From the NCBI GenBank assembly GCA_040381215.1, contig JBEIHO010000012.1, positions 1,236 to 65,235 on the forward strand: a DNA stretch of 64,000 nt. Direction: 5' to 3'. A model generated the notes under the pieces. It did no database searches, was not told where the DNA came from, and saw only the letters and a list, made by a program, of their open reading frames with translations. The position numbers were made by a program, and so were the translations under genes. How positions within the stretch are numbered: position 1 is the first letter of the stretch; each line of letters starts with the position of its first letter. The stretch comes from Alphaproteobacteria bacterium (GTDB lineage: Bacteria > Pseudomonadota > Alphaproteobacteria > Micropepsales > Micropepsaceae). Positions 52,006 to 61,286 of the stretch are shown here, one piece after another.

Positions 52006-52729
52006 ACTTGTCGAAAAGAGCCGGCAGTATCATGCCAAGGTGGTTCATCCCCTCCGCACAATGGCGCAACAGATGCTGCCCGAAGACGGGAGGAGCCAGC
52101 GCTCGAAGCTGCGCCGGCGCTTGCAGGGAACCGATATCAACCTCGCCTGCCAATGGAACGGCAAAACCGACATCGCCAATCCAGAACCGGCTCAGCATCT
52201 CGCAACCCGTATCAGTCCGCCGCACAAGGCGGATCAGGCGCCCGATGTTCAAGGGCGTGTTCCGCAGCCCGGTCCGCGGACAAATGGCCGCTCCCTGACG
52301 GTCAACAAGCTTGGGGTCCAGCCCGAAAGCCTCGGGGGGCCGGAAGCTGATGGCAAGCTTGTGCAGGGCGGGACCTATGTATTCATCGACATGGGAGTCA
52401 TTGCCTACATAACATGCACGCACATCGCGCACGTGCGAGCGATCCTCCGCGAAGGCGCTCCGCACATGATCCCGCGGATGCCAGAGCTTGTACCGCTCTG
52501 TCGAGACCCCGTGCCATCCCATCCACCAATCCCACATCTCCGGGATGGCGCCAGGCATGTCAGTCCGGCATGCCACAACGAGACCTCCATCTGGCCGCGC
52601 GAAGACGCCATCCGTGATCCCGTCGCCGGCAGGCTCCAGCAATTTCCACGCATCAGCAAATGAAGGCGCCGGCCCCTCGATGATACCGCCGGCAATCGCC
52701 GCCTCGACACGCACCGGGATGGCACCCAA
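51992..52729 (-). CDS. Conserved hypothetical protein, tentatively DAPG-hydrolase (PhlG)-like. The N-terminus may be disrupted by a frameshift.
   Basis: 245 aa from a TTG start. WDWWMGWH…ERYKLWHPRDH motif region. A Tat-like signal lies upstream in another frame (see findings). Confidence 0.45.
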   Translation of the reverse strand: MGAIPVRVEAAIAGGIIEGPAPSFADAWKLLEPAGDGITDGVFARPDGGLVVACRTDMPGAIPEMWDWWMGWHGVSTERYKLWHPRDHVRSAFAEDRSHVRDVRACYVGNDSHVDEYIGPALHKLAISFRPPEAFGLDPKLVDRQGAAICPRTGLRNTPLNIGRLIRLVRRTDTGCEMLSRFWIGDVGFAVPLAGEVDIGSLQAPAQLRALAPPVFGQHLLRHCAEGMNHLGMILPALFDKFGRI

Positions 52730-52831
52730 AGGCTTGCACCGCGGGTAGCCATGTGGATCCCGCCAGCAGCAGCCAGAACGGACGTCGCCGCGGCACTGGC
52801 GAGCAGCACCCGCCGCGAAACACCCGACGGT

Positions 52832-54328
52832 TCAGCCGGTATGGCGCGCACAGATGGCTCTCGCATAGTCCGCGACGAGGGCCTTCGCCTCACCCGTGCC
52901 GAAGACATACCGGTCCGGCCGGACGATCACTGCATCACCACCGGCAGCATCGAGGTAGGCTGAAAGCGGGCCAGAGAAGTCCTTGAGCAGCGGCCCATCC
53001 AGCGCTTCGCTGCGCGCCAGGCATGGGTCCGAAAGTCCCGCGACATCCGCATGCCGACGCGCAAGGAGCCAGGCACCTGGGCCCATCACATCGTCAAGCC
53101 GCTGTCCGCCCACGATGCTCTGCGGAAAGATGGAGGCAGCACGCGGGCTCGCCTGCAGGAAAGCGCCCGGGCCCGGTTGGGGATCGGGCGGCGGCACAGG
53201 CTGCAGGCCCTGCGCACGCTGCGCAAGCAGCGCTGCATCCCTCTGCGCAGCAGCCTCTGCATCAGGCATGCAGACGACACGCCCCATCGCGATCGCGGCC
53301 TCTGTAAGGGCACGAACATGCGGCTCCCGTTCTGTTTGATAACTATCGAGGATCGTGTCGCCCGCCTCTCCACGGATGACATGACCAAGCCTCCAGGCCA
53401 GGTTCACGGCGTCACGAATACCAGAGCACATGCCCTGACCCGCAAACGGCGGCGTCTGATGAGCCGCATCGCCTGCAAGGATGGCATGCCCGCGTCTCCA
53501 ATCCTTTGCGACCAGACCGTGGAACCGGTAGACCGCCTTCCGATCGATGAGGACATCCTCCTCGCTCACCCACGCGCTCAACAGTGAAGAAATTCGTCGG
53601 TCATCGAGAAACGACTGAGGGTCCTCGCCGGGACGGATCATGAACTCCCAACGGTGCCGGCCAGGCCCCATCAATACGCATGTCGTGGGACGCTCAGGAT
53701 CGCAGATCTGCAGGTTAAGACTGGGCATCTTCTCTGGTCGGCGGACCTGTGCGTCGACAACCAACCAGGGCTCGTCGAACCCATAATCGAAATGCTCGAT
53801 TTTAAGGGCCTTCCTGACGGCACTCGAGGCGCCGTCACATCCAACAAGATAGCGTGCGCGCACCTCCGTAGCAGACCCCGAGCCATCAACGATGGTTGCC
53901 CGCACCCCTTCATTCACGGATGCATCGAAGCGCTCGAGGCTGGTGCCAAGCCGGGTCTCGACGGACGGATAATCAGCGAGCTTTCCGCGCAGCGCCCGCT
54001 CCAGGTCCGGCTGGTTGAACATCCAGCTCGGCTCGAAACCCGGTGCAAGGGTTACCGCACCAAGGTCAAAGCGCAACAGCACCTCTCCCTTCGCCGTGCG
54101 AAACTCGTAGGCTGGAGCAACACGCGAAATCGCCTTCACCTGCTCCAGCAACCCAAGACCCTGCCAGACCCGCATGATCTCGGCGTCGAAATGCGCCGCC
54201 CGGGGCAGTGGATAGACTGCCGTCTCTCGCTCGACAGCCAACACCCGCACACCTTGCTGCCCCAGCAGGTTGGCAAGCGTCGCACCAACCGGTCCCAGAC
54301 CGGAAATCAGGACATCGGTTTCAATCAT
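52832..54328 (-). CDS. FAD-dependent aromatic-ring monooxygenase (MhpA/PcpB-like class A flavoprotein hydroxylase)
   Basis: DVLISGLGPVGATLANLL GxGxxG, GDAAHQTPPFAGQGMCSGIRD fingerprint, 498 aa. Confidence 0.85.
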   Translation of the reverse strand: MIETDVLISGLGPVGATLANLLGQQGVRVLAVERETAVYPLPRAAHFDAEIMRVWQGLGLLEQVKAISRVAPAYEFRTAKGEVLLRFDLGAVTLAPGFEPSWMFNQPDLERALRGKLADYPSVETRLGTSLERFDASVNEGVRATIVDGSGSATEVRARYLVGCDGASSAVRKALKIEHFDYGFDEPWLVVDAQVRRPEKMPSLNLQICDPERPTTCVLMGPGRHRWEFMIRPGEDPQSFLDDRRISSLLSAWVSEEDVLIDRKAVYRFHGLVAKDWRRGHAILAGDAAHQTPPFAGQGMCSGIRDAVNLAWRLGHVIRGEAGDTILDSYQTEREPHVRALTEAAIAMGRVVCMPDAEAAAQRDAALLAQRAQGLQPVPPPDPQPGPGAFLQASPRAASIFPQSIVGGQRLDDVMGPGAWLLARRHADVAGLSDPCLARSEALDGPLLKDFSGPLSAYLDAAGGDAVIVRPDRYVFGTGEAKALVADYARAICARHTG

Positions 54329-54337
54329 GTCATGGCC

Positions 54338-55510
54338 TCAGTGAAAGCGGGCCGGAAGGGACTTGTATCCCTGCAGCACGTTGTTGAAGAAAGGTTCGGG
54401 CGCATCCACCTCGATGCGCGTGAGGTGGCGCGCCAGAGCAACAAGCAGGCACTCCATCTCCAGCCGCGCCAGATGCATGCCGGCGCAGGCGTGCGCACCA
54501 TGCCCCCACCCAAGGTGATCCCGGGCATTGCGCGAGATGTCGAACCGATCCGGATCGGCATACCTGCGCTCGTCACGGTTCGCCGACGCATAGAGCACCA
54601 GCACGCGACTGCCGGCGGGAACCGTGACATCGTCGACCGGAAAATCCTGAACCGCAAGGCGCGTGAAACCTCTTATGGGCGAGGACAATCGAACCGACTC
54701 GTGCACCACGTCTCCAGCAAGGCCCTCATCCCGTCGCACCGCCTCCAGGACATGCGGGTGCAGCGCCAGATGCCTGACCATCTGCCCGGTAGCAAGGATC
54801 GTGGTGTCAAGGCTCGGGGCCACATAATCAATGATCATGGCCTTGGCCTCGCGCCGGGAAAGCGTACCCTCATCGGCAGCCGCAAACAGCCTGTCTGCCC
54901 AGCTGCCCGGCATGACGGCGGACCTGTCGAGCCGTGCCGAGTAGCGCGCCAGATCAAGAAGGGCCGGAAGAGCCCGCACCATGCGCCAGTTCATGGGACC
55001 AATGGCGTCGAAGGTCGCCGCCGCCCAGCGCAGCATGTTCTCGCGGCCCTCGGGCTTCAGCCCGACAAGCTCAGCCACGATCGATACCGGCAAATGGGCC
55101 GCAAACCCCGCCATCGCATCAAATGTACCACCACCCTTCAGCCGCAACACGAGCGCATCAGCCTCCTGCTGCATGCGCTGCCGCAGCGGCGCCAGCGCTC
55201 CCGGTCCCAGGGGCTTGATCAACACCAGCCGTCGACGGACATGATCCACGCCATCAGCCGTGAGGGTGATCTCGTTCTCCATCGAGTTGACCAGCTTGTT
55301 GGCGGCAATGCCTTTTCCACTGACAAGCTGGTCCGCCGCCCGAAGCGCGTTCTTCGCGTCCGCGTAGCGACCTACGGCCCACACACCGTACCGGGAAAGC
55401 CAGACTGCAGGCCCCGCGTCCCGGATGGCACGGAAATGCGCAGACGCGTCGATCAGCGCATCACGCCCGTGAATGTACCCGGCGTAGCGGGGCCGAGCCC
55501 CCATGCTCAC
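54338..55510 (-). CDS. Cytochrome P450
   Basis: ExxR (HESVR) and heme loop LGWGHGAHACAGMHLA, 390 aa. GTG 55510 or ATG 55504 start overlaps the FAH stop. Confidence 0.92.
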   Translation of the reverse strand: MSMGARPRYAGYIHGRDALIDASAHFRAIRDAGPAVWLSRYGVWAVGRYADAKNALRAADQLVSGKGIAANKLVNSMENEITLTADGVDHVRRRLVLIKPLGPGALAPLRQRMQQEADALVLRLKGGGTFDAMAGFAAHLPVSIVAELVGLKPEGRENMLRWAAATFDAIGPMNWRMVRALPALLDLARYSARLDRSAVMPGSWADRLFAAADEGTLSRREAKAMIIDYVAPSLDTTILATGQMVRHLALHPHVLEAVRRDEGLAGDVVHESVRLSSPIRGFTRLAVQDFPVDDVTVPAGSRVLVLYASANRDERRYADPDRFDISRNARDHLGWGHGAHACAGMHLARLEMECLLVALARHLTRIEVDAPEPFFNNVLQGYKSLPARFH

Positions 55511-56367
55511 GCAACGACCTCAGGCCTCAGGGTGGCCTCGATGGCGCCGATGCGGTCGATTTCGATGCGCACCACGTCACCATCCTTGAGCAATCGGGGC
55601 GGCCGCATGGCCATGCCGACACCACCCGGCGTTCCGGTAAAGATGATGTCACCCGGCTCCAGCGTCATGGCTTGGCTCAGATGAGCAATCTGGTCGAAAA
55701 CATTGAAGACAAGATGCTGCGTATTTGAATCCTGCCGCTTTTCGCCATTCACGAAGGCCCGGATCCCCAGCGTGTGCGGATCGCCAAGCTCGTCACTGGT
55801 CACGATCCACGGACCAATTGGTCCATGCGTGTCGAAGCTCTTTCCAAGCACCCATTGCGGCGTCTTGAACTGCCAGTCACGCGCCGTCACGTCATTGCCA
55901 ACGCAATAACCGAAGATCACCTCGTGGGCCTTGTCCTTGGCGACGTGCTTGCACCGCTTGCCAATGACGACGACAAGCTCGGCCTCGTAATCGACAAGGT
56001 GCGACGCCTTGGGCAATTGCACATCGGCAAAGGGCGGGTTGATGGAATTGACCTGCTTGCAGAACCAGACCTGCTCCTCGGGCGTCTTCTGGTTGCTCTC
56101 GGCGATATGATCAGCATAATTGAGCCCGATGGCCATCGCCTTCGACGGCCGCGGCACCGGCGCCTCAAGCTCAACGGCTTTCAAGTCGAAATCCGGCTTG
56201 CGCGACGCGGCGCGCTCGACGGACGCGCGCACCTTGTCCCAGCCATTGATCAGCCCGATCATGTCACGCGGCAAGCTCGCATCGGCCCTGGACAGGTCGA
56301 CCACCCCACCATCGACCACAAGACCAACGCGCGTCGAACCACCCTCGGTGAACGTTACCAGTTTCAT
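55507..56367 (-). CDS. Fumarylacetoacetate hydrolase (FAH) family protein
   Basis: 286 aa. …DYEAELVVVIGK…GYCVGNDVTARD…GDIIFTGTPGGVG FAH-fold signature. Confidence 0.9.
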   Translation of the reverse strand: MKLVTFTEGGSTRVGLVVDGGVVDLSRADASLPRDMIGLINGWDKVRASVERAASRKPDFDLKAVELEAPVPRPSKAMAIGLNYADHIAESNQKTPEEQVWFCKQVNSINPPFADVQLPKASHLVDYEAELVVVIGKRCKHVAKDKAHEVIFGYCVGNDVTARDWQFKTPQWVLGKSFDTHGPIGPWIVTSDELGDPHTLGIRAFVNGEKRQDSNTQHLVFNVFDQIAHLSQAMTLEPGDIIFTGTPGGVGMAMRPPRLLKDGDVVRIEIDRIGAIEATLRPEVVA

Positions 56368-56382
56368 TTCAGCTCTCCCGCC

Positions 56383-57303
56383 TCAGCCTGCCATGTCCGC
56401 AGGCATCTTCATGCCCCACTGCACTTCCATCACATCCTGGATGGTGGCGTCACGCGACCCCCAGCCCGCCGTCATCAGGTCGCCATCTGTCCAATGTTCC
56501 AGCGTATGGCCCCACGGATCCCGCCAATAGTCGAAGATCTGGCTGCCAAGCACATGGCGCCCGACACCCCAATGGTGCTGGTACTGCTTCTCCTGCAGCA
56601 GGTCATGTCCGCTCATGAGGTCATCGAAATCCGTCACCTCATAGGCGGCGTGATTGAACTTCGGCGCTCCGGTCCCCATGAGGAACAGGGTGTGATGGTC
56701 AGCCGGCTTGTCGCCACGGTCGCAGCGCATGAAGGCGCCCAGCGCAAATTCAGGCGACAGCTTGATCTCGTCCGAAGTGATGAAACCGAAATGCTGCTTG
56801 TACCAGGCCTCGCTCGCGCGGAAGTTCGAGACATTCAGCACGCAATGCCCGAGACGCTTGATATGCGAGGCCCCTCGCCCGACGCGCTTTGGCGCATTGT
56901 GGCGCACACGCTTGCGCCAGTCGTTGAGCGCCTGCTCGGGCGGGGTTGCATCGGGAGCAAGCGTGCCACGGCCAGCCACGGTCTCGACCAGAAACCCGTC
57001 CGGGTCGCGAAGTTTGACGACCTGGCCACCACCCGGCCCGTCAAGAGCCTCGATCTTGGAGCCCGCCTTCGACGCGAGCAGTTCAAGATCACCGACGGAA
57101 GCCGCCTTGAAGGCAATGCCGGCAAATCCGGGTTCGCCCTTGTGCGTGACATGCAGGAACGGATCACCGCCTTCACCGCGCATGTAAAGCGTATTGTCAT
57201 CACGCGCCGCCCTGGCCATCCCGAAATCGGAGAGAAACGCTTCCATCTTGTCGAGGTCAGGCGCACTGAAGCGTACATAGGCAATGTCATCGGCTTTGAT
57301 CAT
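56383..57303 (-). CDS. Two-domain VOC-family extradiol ring-cleavage dioxygenase
   Basis: ORF trimmed to the ATG at 57303. Candidate His/His/Glu ligands in GHCVLNV, NHAAYEV, DPWGHTLEH. Confidence 0.8.
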   Translation of the reverse strand: MIKADDIAYVRFSAPDLDKMEAFLSDFGMARAARDDNTLYMRGEGGDPFLHVTHKGEPGFAGIAFKAASVGDLELLASKAGSKIEALDGPGGGQVVKLRDPDGFLVETVAGRGTLAPDATPPEQALNDWRKRVRHNAPKRVGRGASHIKRLGHCVLNVSNFRASEAWYKQHFGFITSDEIKLSPEFALGAFMRCDRGDKPADHHTLFLMGTGAPKFNHAAYEVTDFDDLMSGHDLLQEKQYQHHWGVGRHVLGSQIFDYWRDPWGHTLEHWTDGDLMTAGWGSRDATIQDVMEVQWGMKMPADMAG

Positions 57304-57304
57304 G

Positions 57305-58183
57305 TCAGGGCGTAGCTCCCATGTTGGAGGGTGTTTCAAACGAAACGATGTTGCCAAGCGCCGTGCGCGACAGCTGGCGGTAGACCCTGTAACCGGTCAT
57401 CACCGCAGCCACCGGCAGGGGCACCGCAATTTCGCGAGCAAATGCCGGGCGCGACCTCAGTCTCAGATACCAGCCGTGAAGGTTCGGATGACGGCGTAAC
57501 GGGTAACCCGCAAGCTGCAAACGATGCACCGAGATGAACCAGGCGATATCAAGGATCGAGATGCGCTCTCCAATGAGCCATTCATGATCGCGCAAACGCG
57601 CATTCAGCGTATCGAAGGCTTGAGAAAATGCTGAATACGAGGCGCGCGCAGCATCAGGCGTGACCCCCTGCCGGGCGAAATCCCGCCACCACGCGACCTC
57701 TTTCATCCTGCTGGGGTCGCAAGCACCTTCCCGCTCGTAGCGCTGCAATGTCGCCTCGCTCTTCTGCGTCAGGCGGCGCGGAAAGATGAAGCCCATTGTA
57801 AGGTTGCGCAGATCGACATGCAGCCTGTCCTCAAGCGCGAGCGACGCGCTTACGGCCTGAACCTCGGCTTCGCCTTGCGGCATGAAGGACGTCGACGGCG
57901 ACGGCAGCGCATCCAGATATGCAAGAATATCATTGCTCTGGATGTGAACCTGCCCGTCATGGACAAGAACCGGAACGACCCCGCGTGGATTGATCCCGAG
58001 GAACCATGGCGTGACGTGTGCGTTGCGCACGAGGTCCACGTGATGCGAAACCCAGGGCAGGTTCTTTTCACCAAGCAGGATACGCACCTTCTGCGAGCAC
58101 GATGACCCTGCAAAGTGCAGGAGATGCAAGCCCTTCCAGGACTTCACCTCGCTGGTGGTCACTTGTGCATCGGCAAGGATCAT
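57305..58183 (-). CDS. Glutathione S-transferase family protein
   Basis: LHFAGSSCSQKVR…INPRGVVPVLVHDG…QSNDILAYLD GST N-domain. ATGA overlap with the TetR stop. Confidence 0.8.
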   Translation of the reverse strand: MILADAQVTTSEVKSWKGLHLLHFAGSSCSQKVRILLGEKNLPWVSHHVDLVRNAHVTPWFLGINPRGVVPVLVHDGQVHIQSNDILAYLDALPSPSTSFMPQGEAEVQAVSASLALEDRLHVDLRNLTMGFIFPRRLTQKSEATLQRYEREGACDPSRMKEVAWWRDFARQGVTPDAARASYSAFSQAFDTLNARLRDHEWLIGERISILDIAWFISVHRLQLAGYPLRRHPNLHGWYLRLRSRPAFAREIAVPLPVAAVMTGYRVYRQLSRTALGNIVSFETPSNMGATP

Positions 58184-58839
58184 GGTGCCAGGCTCACGTC
58201 GACGCGACGCGCCTCGATGGCCGCAGAGGACAACCGCTCGGCGGCAACGGGCTTCACGCCGAGGGCAACGAGGGCCGTCGTGATGATGTCACGGGCAAAC
58301 CGGTGTGGCTGCCCGACCGGTTGCCCCGCGTCGGACAGGCGCATGCCCGCAGACATGACGATCCCGATCGTCGCGACGACAGAGGCACTGACTGATGCCA
58401 CATGAAAGGTACCTGCCTCGATCCCGGCAAGGATGTCGCCGCGAATGCCGTCATTGATCGGCGTATCCGGGTTGACAGCGCCCGGCAGGAGCCGCAGCAG
58501 CGCACGCGCCCGGACAGGCTGGGTGATGGCAAAATGCAGGATGGTGGAAAGACCATTGGCCATGCGGACGGTCGGATCCCGGACCCCGAGGTTCAGCGCT
58601 TCAATGGCCTCTTCAAGATCTGCACGGATCTGGCGCGAGATGGCGTTGGCCAGGTCGTCCTTGTCCTGGAAGTGGGTATAGAACGTACCCTTCGCGACAT
58701 CCGCCTCTTCGGTGATCTCGTCGATCGACAGGGCATCGAGGCCGCGCAGTGCCACAAGCCGCTCTGCCGCAGCAACAAGCTCGCCACGGGTTCGTGCCCG
58801 TTTTCTGGACTGTCGAGGGACGACAACAGCAGCGCTCAT
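58180..58839 (-). CDS. TetR/AcrR family transcriptional regulator
   Basis: ORF trimmed to the ATG at 58839. HTH LSIDEITEEADVAKGTFYTHF. First gene of the catabolic operon. Confidence 0.85.
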   Translation of the reverse strand: MSAAVVVPRQSRKRARTRGELVAAAERLVALRGLDALSIDEITEEADVAKGTFYTHFQDKDDLANAISRQIRADLEEAIEALNLGVRDPTVRMANGLSTILHFAITQPVRARALLRLLPGAVNPDTPINDGIRGDILAGIEAGTFHVASVSASVVATIGIVMSAGMRLSDAGQPVGQPHRFARDIITTALVALGVKPVAAERLSSAAIEARRVDVSLAP

Positions 58840-58842
58840 AAA

Positions 58843-58883
58843 TGACCAAATAGTCAAAAATGACCAATCAGTCAAATACTGAC
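58843..58883. promoter_or_regulatory. Candidate TetR operator array
   Basis: TGACCAAATAGTCA (58843-56) and TGACCAATCAGTCA (58861-74). Each is TGAC-N6-GTCA, with starts 18 bp apart. An overlapping GTCA-N5-TGAC lies at 58871-83. Confidence 0.45.
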
Positions 58884-58945
58884 GACAGCCCCCACGCCTG
58901 AAAAAGCGACAAGACCCATTGACTCCCACCTCGCCGTCAAGGTAA

Positions 58946-58960
58946 GAACAAAAAGTGAAC
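58946..58960 (+). promoter_or_regulatory. Alphaproteobacterial LexA (SOS) box
   Basis: GAAC-AAAAAGT-GAAC (GAAC-N7-GAAC), 37 nt upstream of the imuA start. Confidence 0.7.
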
Positions 58961-58996
58961 TGAAATCAAGAAACGGCAGAAAACGGAGACTGACCC

Positions 58997-59827
58997 GTGC
59001 CACGACCCATGGCGGCGGAGGGGCGACTGCCCCCTGAACAGGCCGCATCCCTCAAGCAGACCATAGCCGCAATCGAGGCTGCCTGCCTCCCTGGAAAGAC
59101 GCGCAGCGCCCGCGTCCATGTGGAAACCGGCATCCCCCTCATGGACCAGGCTCTGGGCGGCGGACTTTCTCGCGGCACCGTCCACGAAATCCTGCCGCGC
59201 ACGGTCCAGGACCTGGGCGCCGCCGCCGGTTTCGCCTTCGGCCTGGCCACCCGGGCCCAGGAGAAAAGCGCCCACGTCCTCTACATCCAGCATGACTTCT
59301 CAAGCGCCGAAACCGGACGCCCATACCTGCCCGGCCTGAAGCTTTCGGGCTTCGACACCTCTGCCCTCATCTACCTCCACGTCCCGCGCGCTGAAGACGT
59401 GCTCTGGGCCATGAACGAGGCCCTCAAATGCCGGGGCTTCTCTGCCGTCATCGCCGAATTCCCCGCCCACACCCGCGTGCTCGATCTCACCTGCACGCGC
59501 CGCCTGGCTCTTGCCGCGCAGGAAGGCCTCGGCTTCGGCCTCATCCTGCGCCACGCAACCGCAATTGAACCGAACGCCGCCACGACGCGCTGGCTGGTAA
59601 GCGCAAGCCCCTCCCGCAGCAATCCCTTCGGCGGCCTGGGCGTCCCGCACATGCATCTGGATCTCGTGAAGAACCGCTTCGGCTCATCTGGCCAATGGAA
59701 CGTTGAGTGGCATGCCCATGAACGCAAGTTTGAAACCGTCACCGCTCCCGCGGCGCTACCTGGCAATCTGGTTCAGCCACCTGCCCACAGACAGGGTCGA
59801 GCGCACCCGCGCGCGGCGGTCGCCTGA
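58997..59827 (+). CDS. imuA: ImuA (RecA/KaiC-fold SOS mutagenesis protein)
   Basis: 276 aa (GTG 58997, alternative ATG 59009). …TGIPLMDQALGGGLSRGTVHEI… First gene of the LexA-box cassette. Confidence 0.8.
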   Translation: MPRPMAAEGRLPPEQAASLKQTIAAIEAACLPGKTRSARVHVETGIPLMDQALGGGLSRGTVHEILPRTVQDLGAAAGFAFGLATRAQEKSAHVLYIQHDFSSAETGRPYLPGLKLSGFDTSALIYLHVPRAEDVLWAMNEALKCRGFSAVIAEFPAHTRVLDLTCTRRLALAAQEGLGFGLILRHATAIEPNAATTRWLVSASPSRSNPFGGLGVPHMHLDLVKNRFGSSGQWNVEWHAHERKFETVTAPAALPGNLVQPPAHRQGRAHPRAAVA

Positions 59828-61286
59828 ACCACGCATCGTTACCCGCGACATACGGGGCGCCCAGCGCCTGTGCGCCATGAATGCAGAGGCCATGCGCCTG
59901 GGCTTGCGCCACATGATGCCCCTGGCAGACGCACGCGCAATGTATCCTTCGATCGCGGTCGAGCCTGCCGACGACGCCGCAGACGCGCGCCTGCTCGAAG
60001 CAATAGGCGACTGGCTGTCCCGCTACACGCCGCTGGTCGGCCTCACGCCACCCGATGGCGTGATGCTCGACATCACCGGATGTGCCCATCTCTTTGGTGG
60101 CGAGGACGCCATGCGTCGCGATGCCGTGCGTCGCCTCCACGAACAGGGCATCACGGCACGCACGGCGATTGCCGGCACCCCGGGTGCCGCCTGGGCGCTG
60201 GCCCGCTACGGCGAACGGCGCAACATCGCCGATGACGAATTGCAGGAAACCCTCAACCCGTTGCCACTGGCAGCCCTCCAGCTGCCCGCCGGCATCATCG
60301 AGGCAATGGCGCGCGTGGGTCTGAAGAAGATCGGCGACATCGTGGATCGCCCTCGCGCGCCACTCGCCGCACGCTTCGGTGCCATCCTGTTGCAGCGCCT
60401 CGATTTTGCACTTGGAAAAGCAGACGAACCCATCACGCCCCGTCTGCCCGTAGCCCCCTACATTGCCGAACGCAACCTGACGGAGCCCGCAACCCACGAG
60501 ACGTTCATCCTCGAAACCATCGGTCACCTGGCAACTGACCTGTCACGGCGCATGGAAGAGCGCGGCGAAGGCGCGCGCGCCCTGCAAGTGACCCTCTTTC
60601 GCGTCGATGGCGCCGTACGTCGCCTGTCGGTTGCAACCAGCCGCCCCCAGCGCGATGCCACCGCCATGCACCGCCTGTTCCGCGAGCGTTTTTCATCACT
60701 GGCGGAAGACATCGATCCTGGTTGCGGCTTCGACGTGATCCGGCTGGCCGTGACAACAGCAGAGAAAGCACAGATACCCCAGTCAAACCTGGTCGACAGC
60801 GCGACCGGCCAGGACGACCTTGCCGATCTGATCGACCGCCTCGGCGTTCGCTTCGGCCCTCGCCGCGTGCAGCGCCTCGCCTTTGCCGAAAGCCACATCC
60901 CCGAATACGCCGTCACGCAGGCACCACCCCTGGCGCCAGCCCCTGCAGCCCACCATCGCGCAAATGCCCCCGTCCTCGATACCGCAGCCCCCGAACGCCC
61001 ACTGCGCCTTTTCGAACGACCAGAGCCCATCGACGCGATCGCCGAAGTCCCCGATGGCCCACCGATACGCTTCCGTTGGCGCCGCGTACCCCACGAGGTT
61101 GCTCACGCCGAAGGCCCCGAACGCATAGCCATGGAATGGTGGCGCGACCAAACAGGACGCAGCCTGACCCGCGACTATTTCCGTGTCGAGGACCGCGAGG
61201 GGCGCCGCTTCTGGCTCTACCGCGAGGGTCTGTTCGGCAGCGAGACGAGCCGCCCTCAATGGTATGTACACGGACTTTTTCCGTGA
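59712..61286 (+). CDS. imuB: ImuB (Y-family polymerase-like protein)
   Basis: RYLAIWFSHLPTDR N-terminus typical of ImuB. The start is ambiguous (TTG 59703, ATG 59712 or 59718). Overlaps the imuA 3' end. Confidence 0.85.
   Translation: MPMNASLKPSPLPRRYLAIWFSHLPTDRVERTRARRSPEPRIVTRDIRGAQRLCAMNAEAMRLGLRHMMPLADARAMYPSIAVEPADDAADARLLEAIGDWLSRYTPLVGLTPPDGVMLDITGCAHLFGGEDAMRRDAVRRLHEQGITARTAIAGTPGAAWALARYGERRNIADDELQETLNPLPLAALQLPAGIIEAMARVGLKKIGDIVDRPRAPLAARFGAILLQRLDFALGKADEPITPRLPVAPYIAERNLTEPATHETFILETIGHLATDLSRRMEERGEGARALQVTLFRVDGAVRRLSVATSRPQRDATAMHRLFRERFSSLAEDIDPGCGFDVIRLAVTTAEKAQIPQSNLVDSATGQDDLADLIDRLGVRFGPRRVQRLAFAESHIPEYAVTQAPPLAPAPAAHHRANAPVLDTAAPERPLRLFERPEPIDAIAEVPDGPPIRFRWRRVPHEVAHAEGPERIAMEWWRDQTGRSLTRDYFRVEDREGRRFWLYREGLFGSETSRPQWYVHGLFP

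Noticed and set aside
53654-55684. 676-aa + strand ORF across the monooxygenase and P450 genes
   Set aside because: It is antisense to genes with unambiguous FAD and heme-binding motifs. No motifs of its own.
58840-58929. N-terminal extension of the TetR gene to the GTG at 58929
   Set aside because: The extension translates the operator repeats (…LTDWSFLTIWSF…) and precedes a normal TetR N-terminus starting at the ATG at 58839. It is more likely non-coding regulatory DNA.
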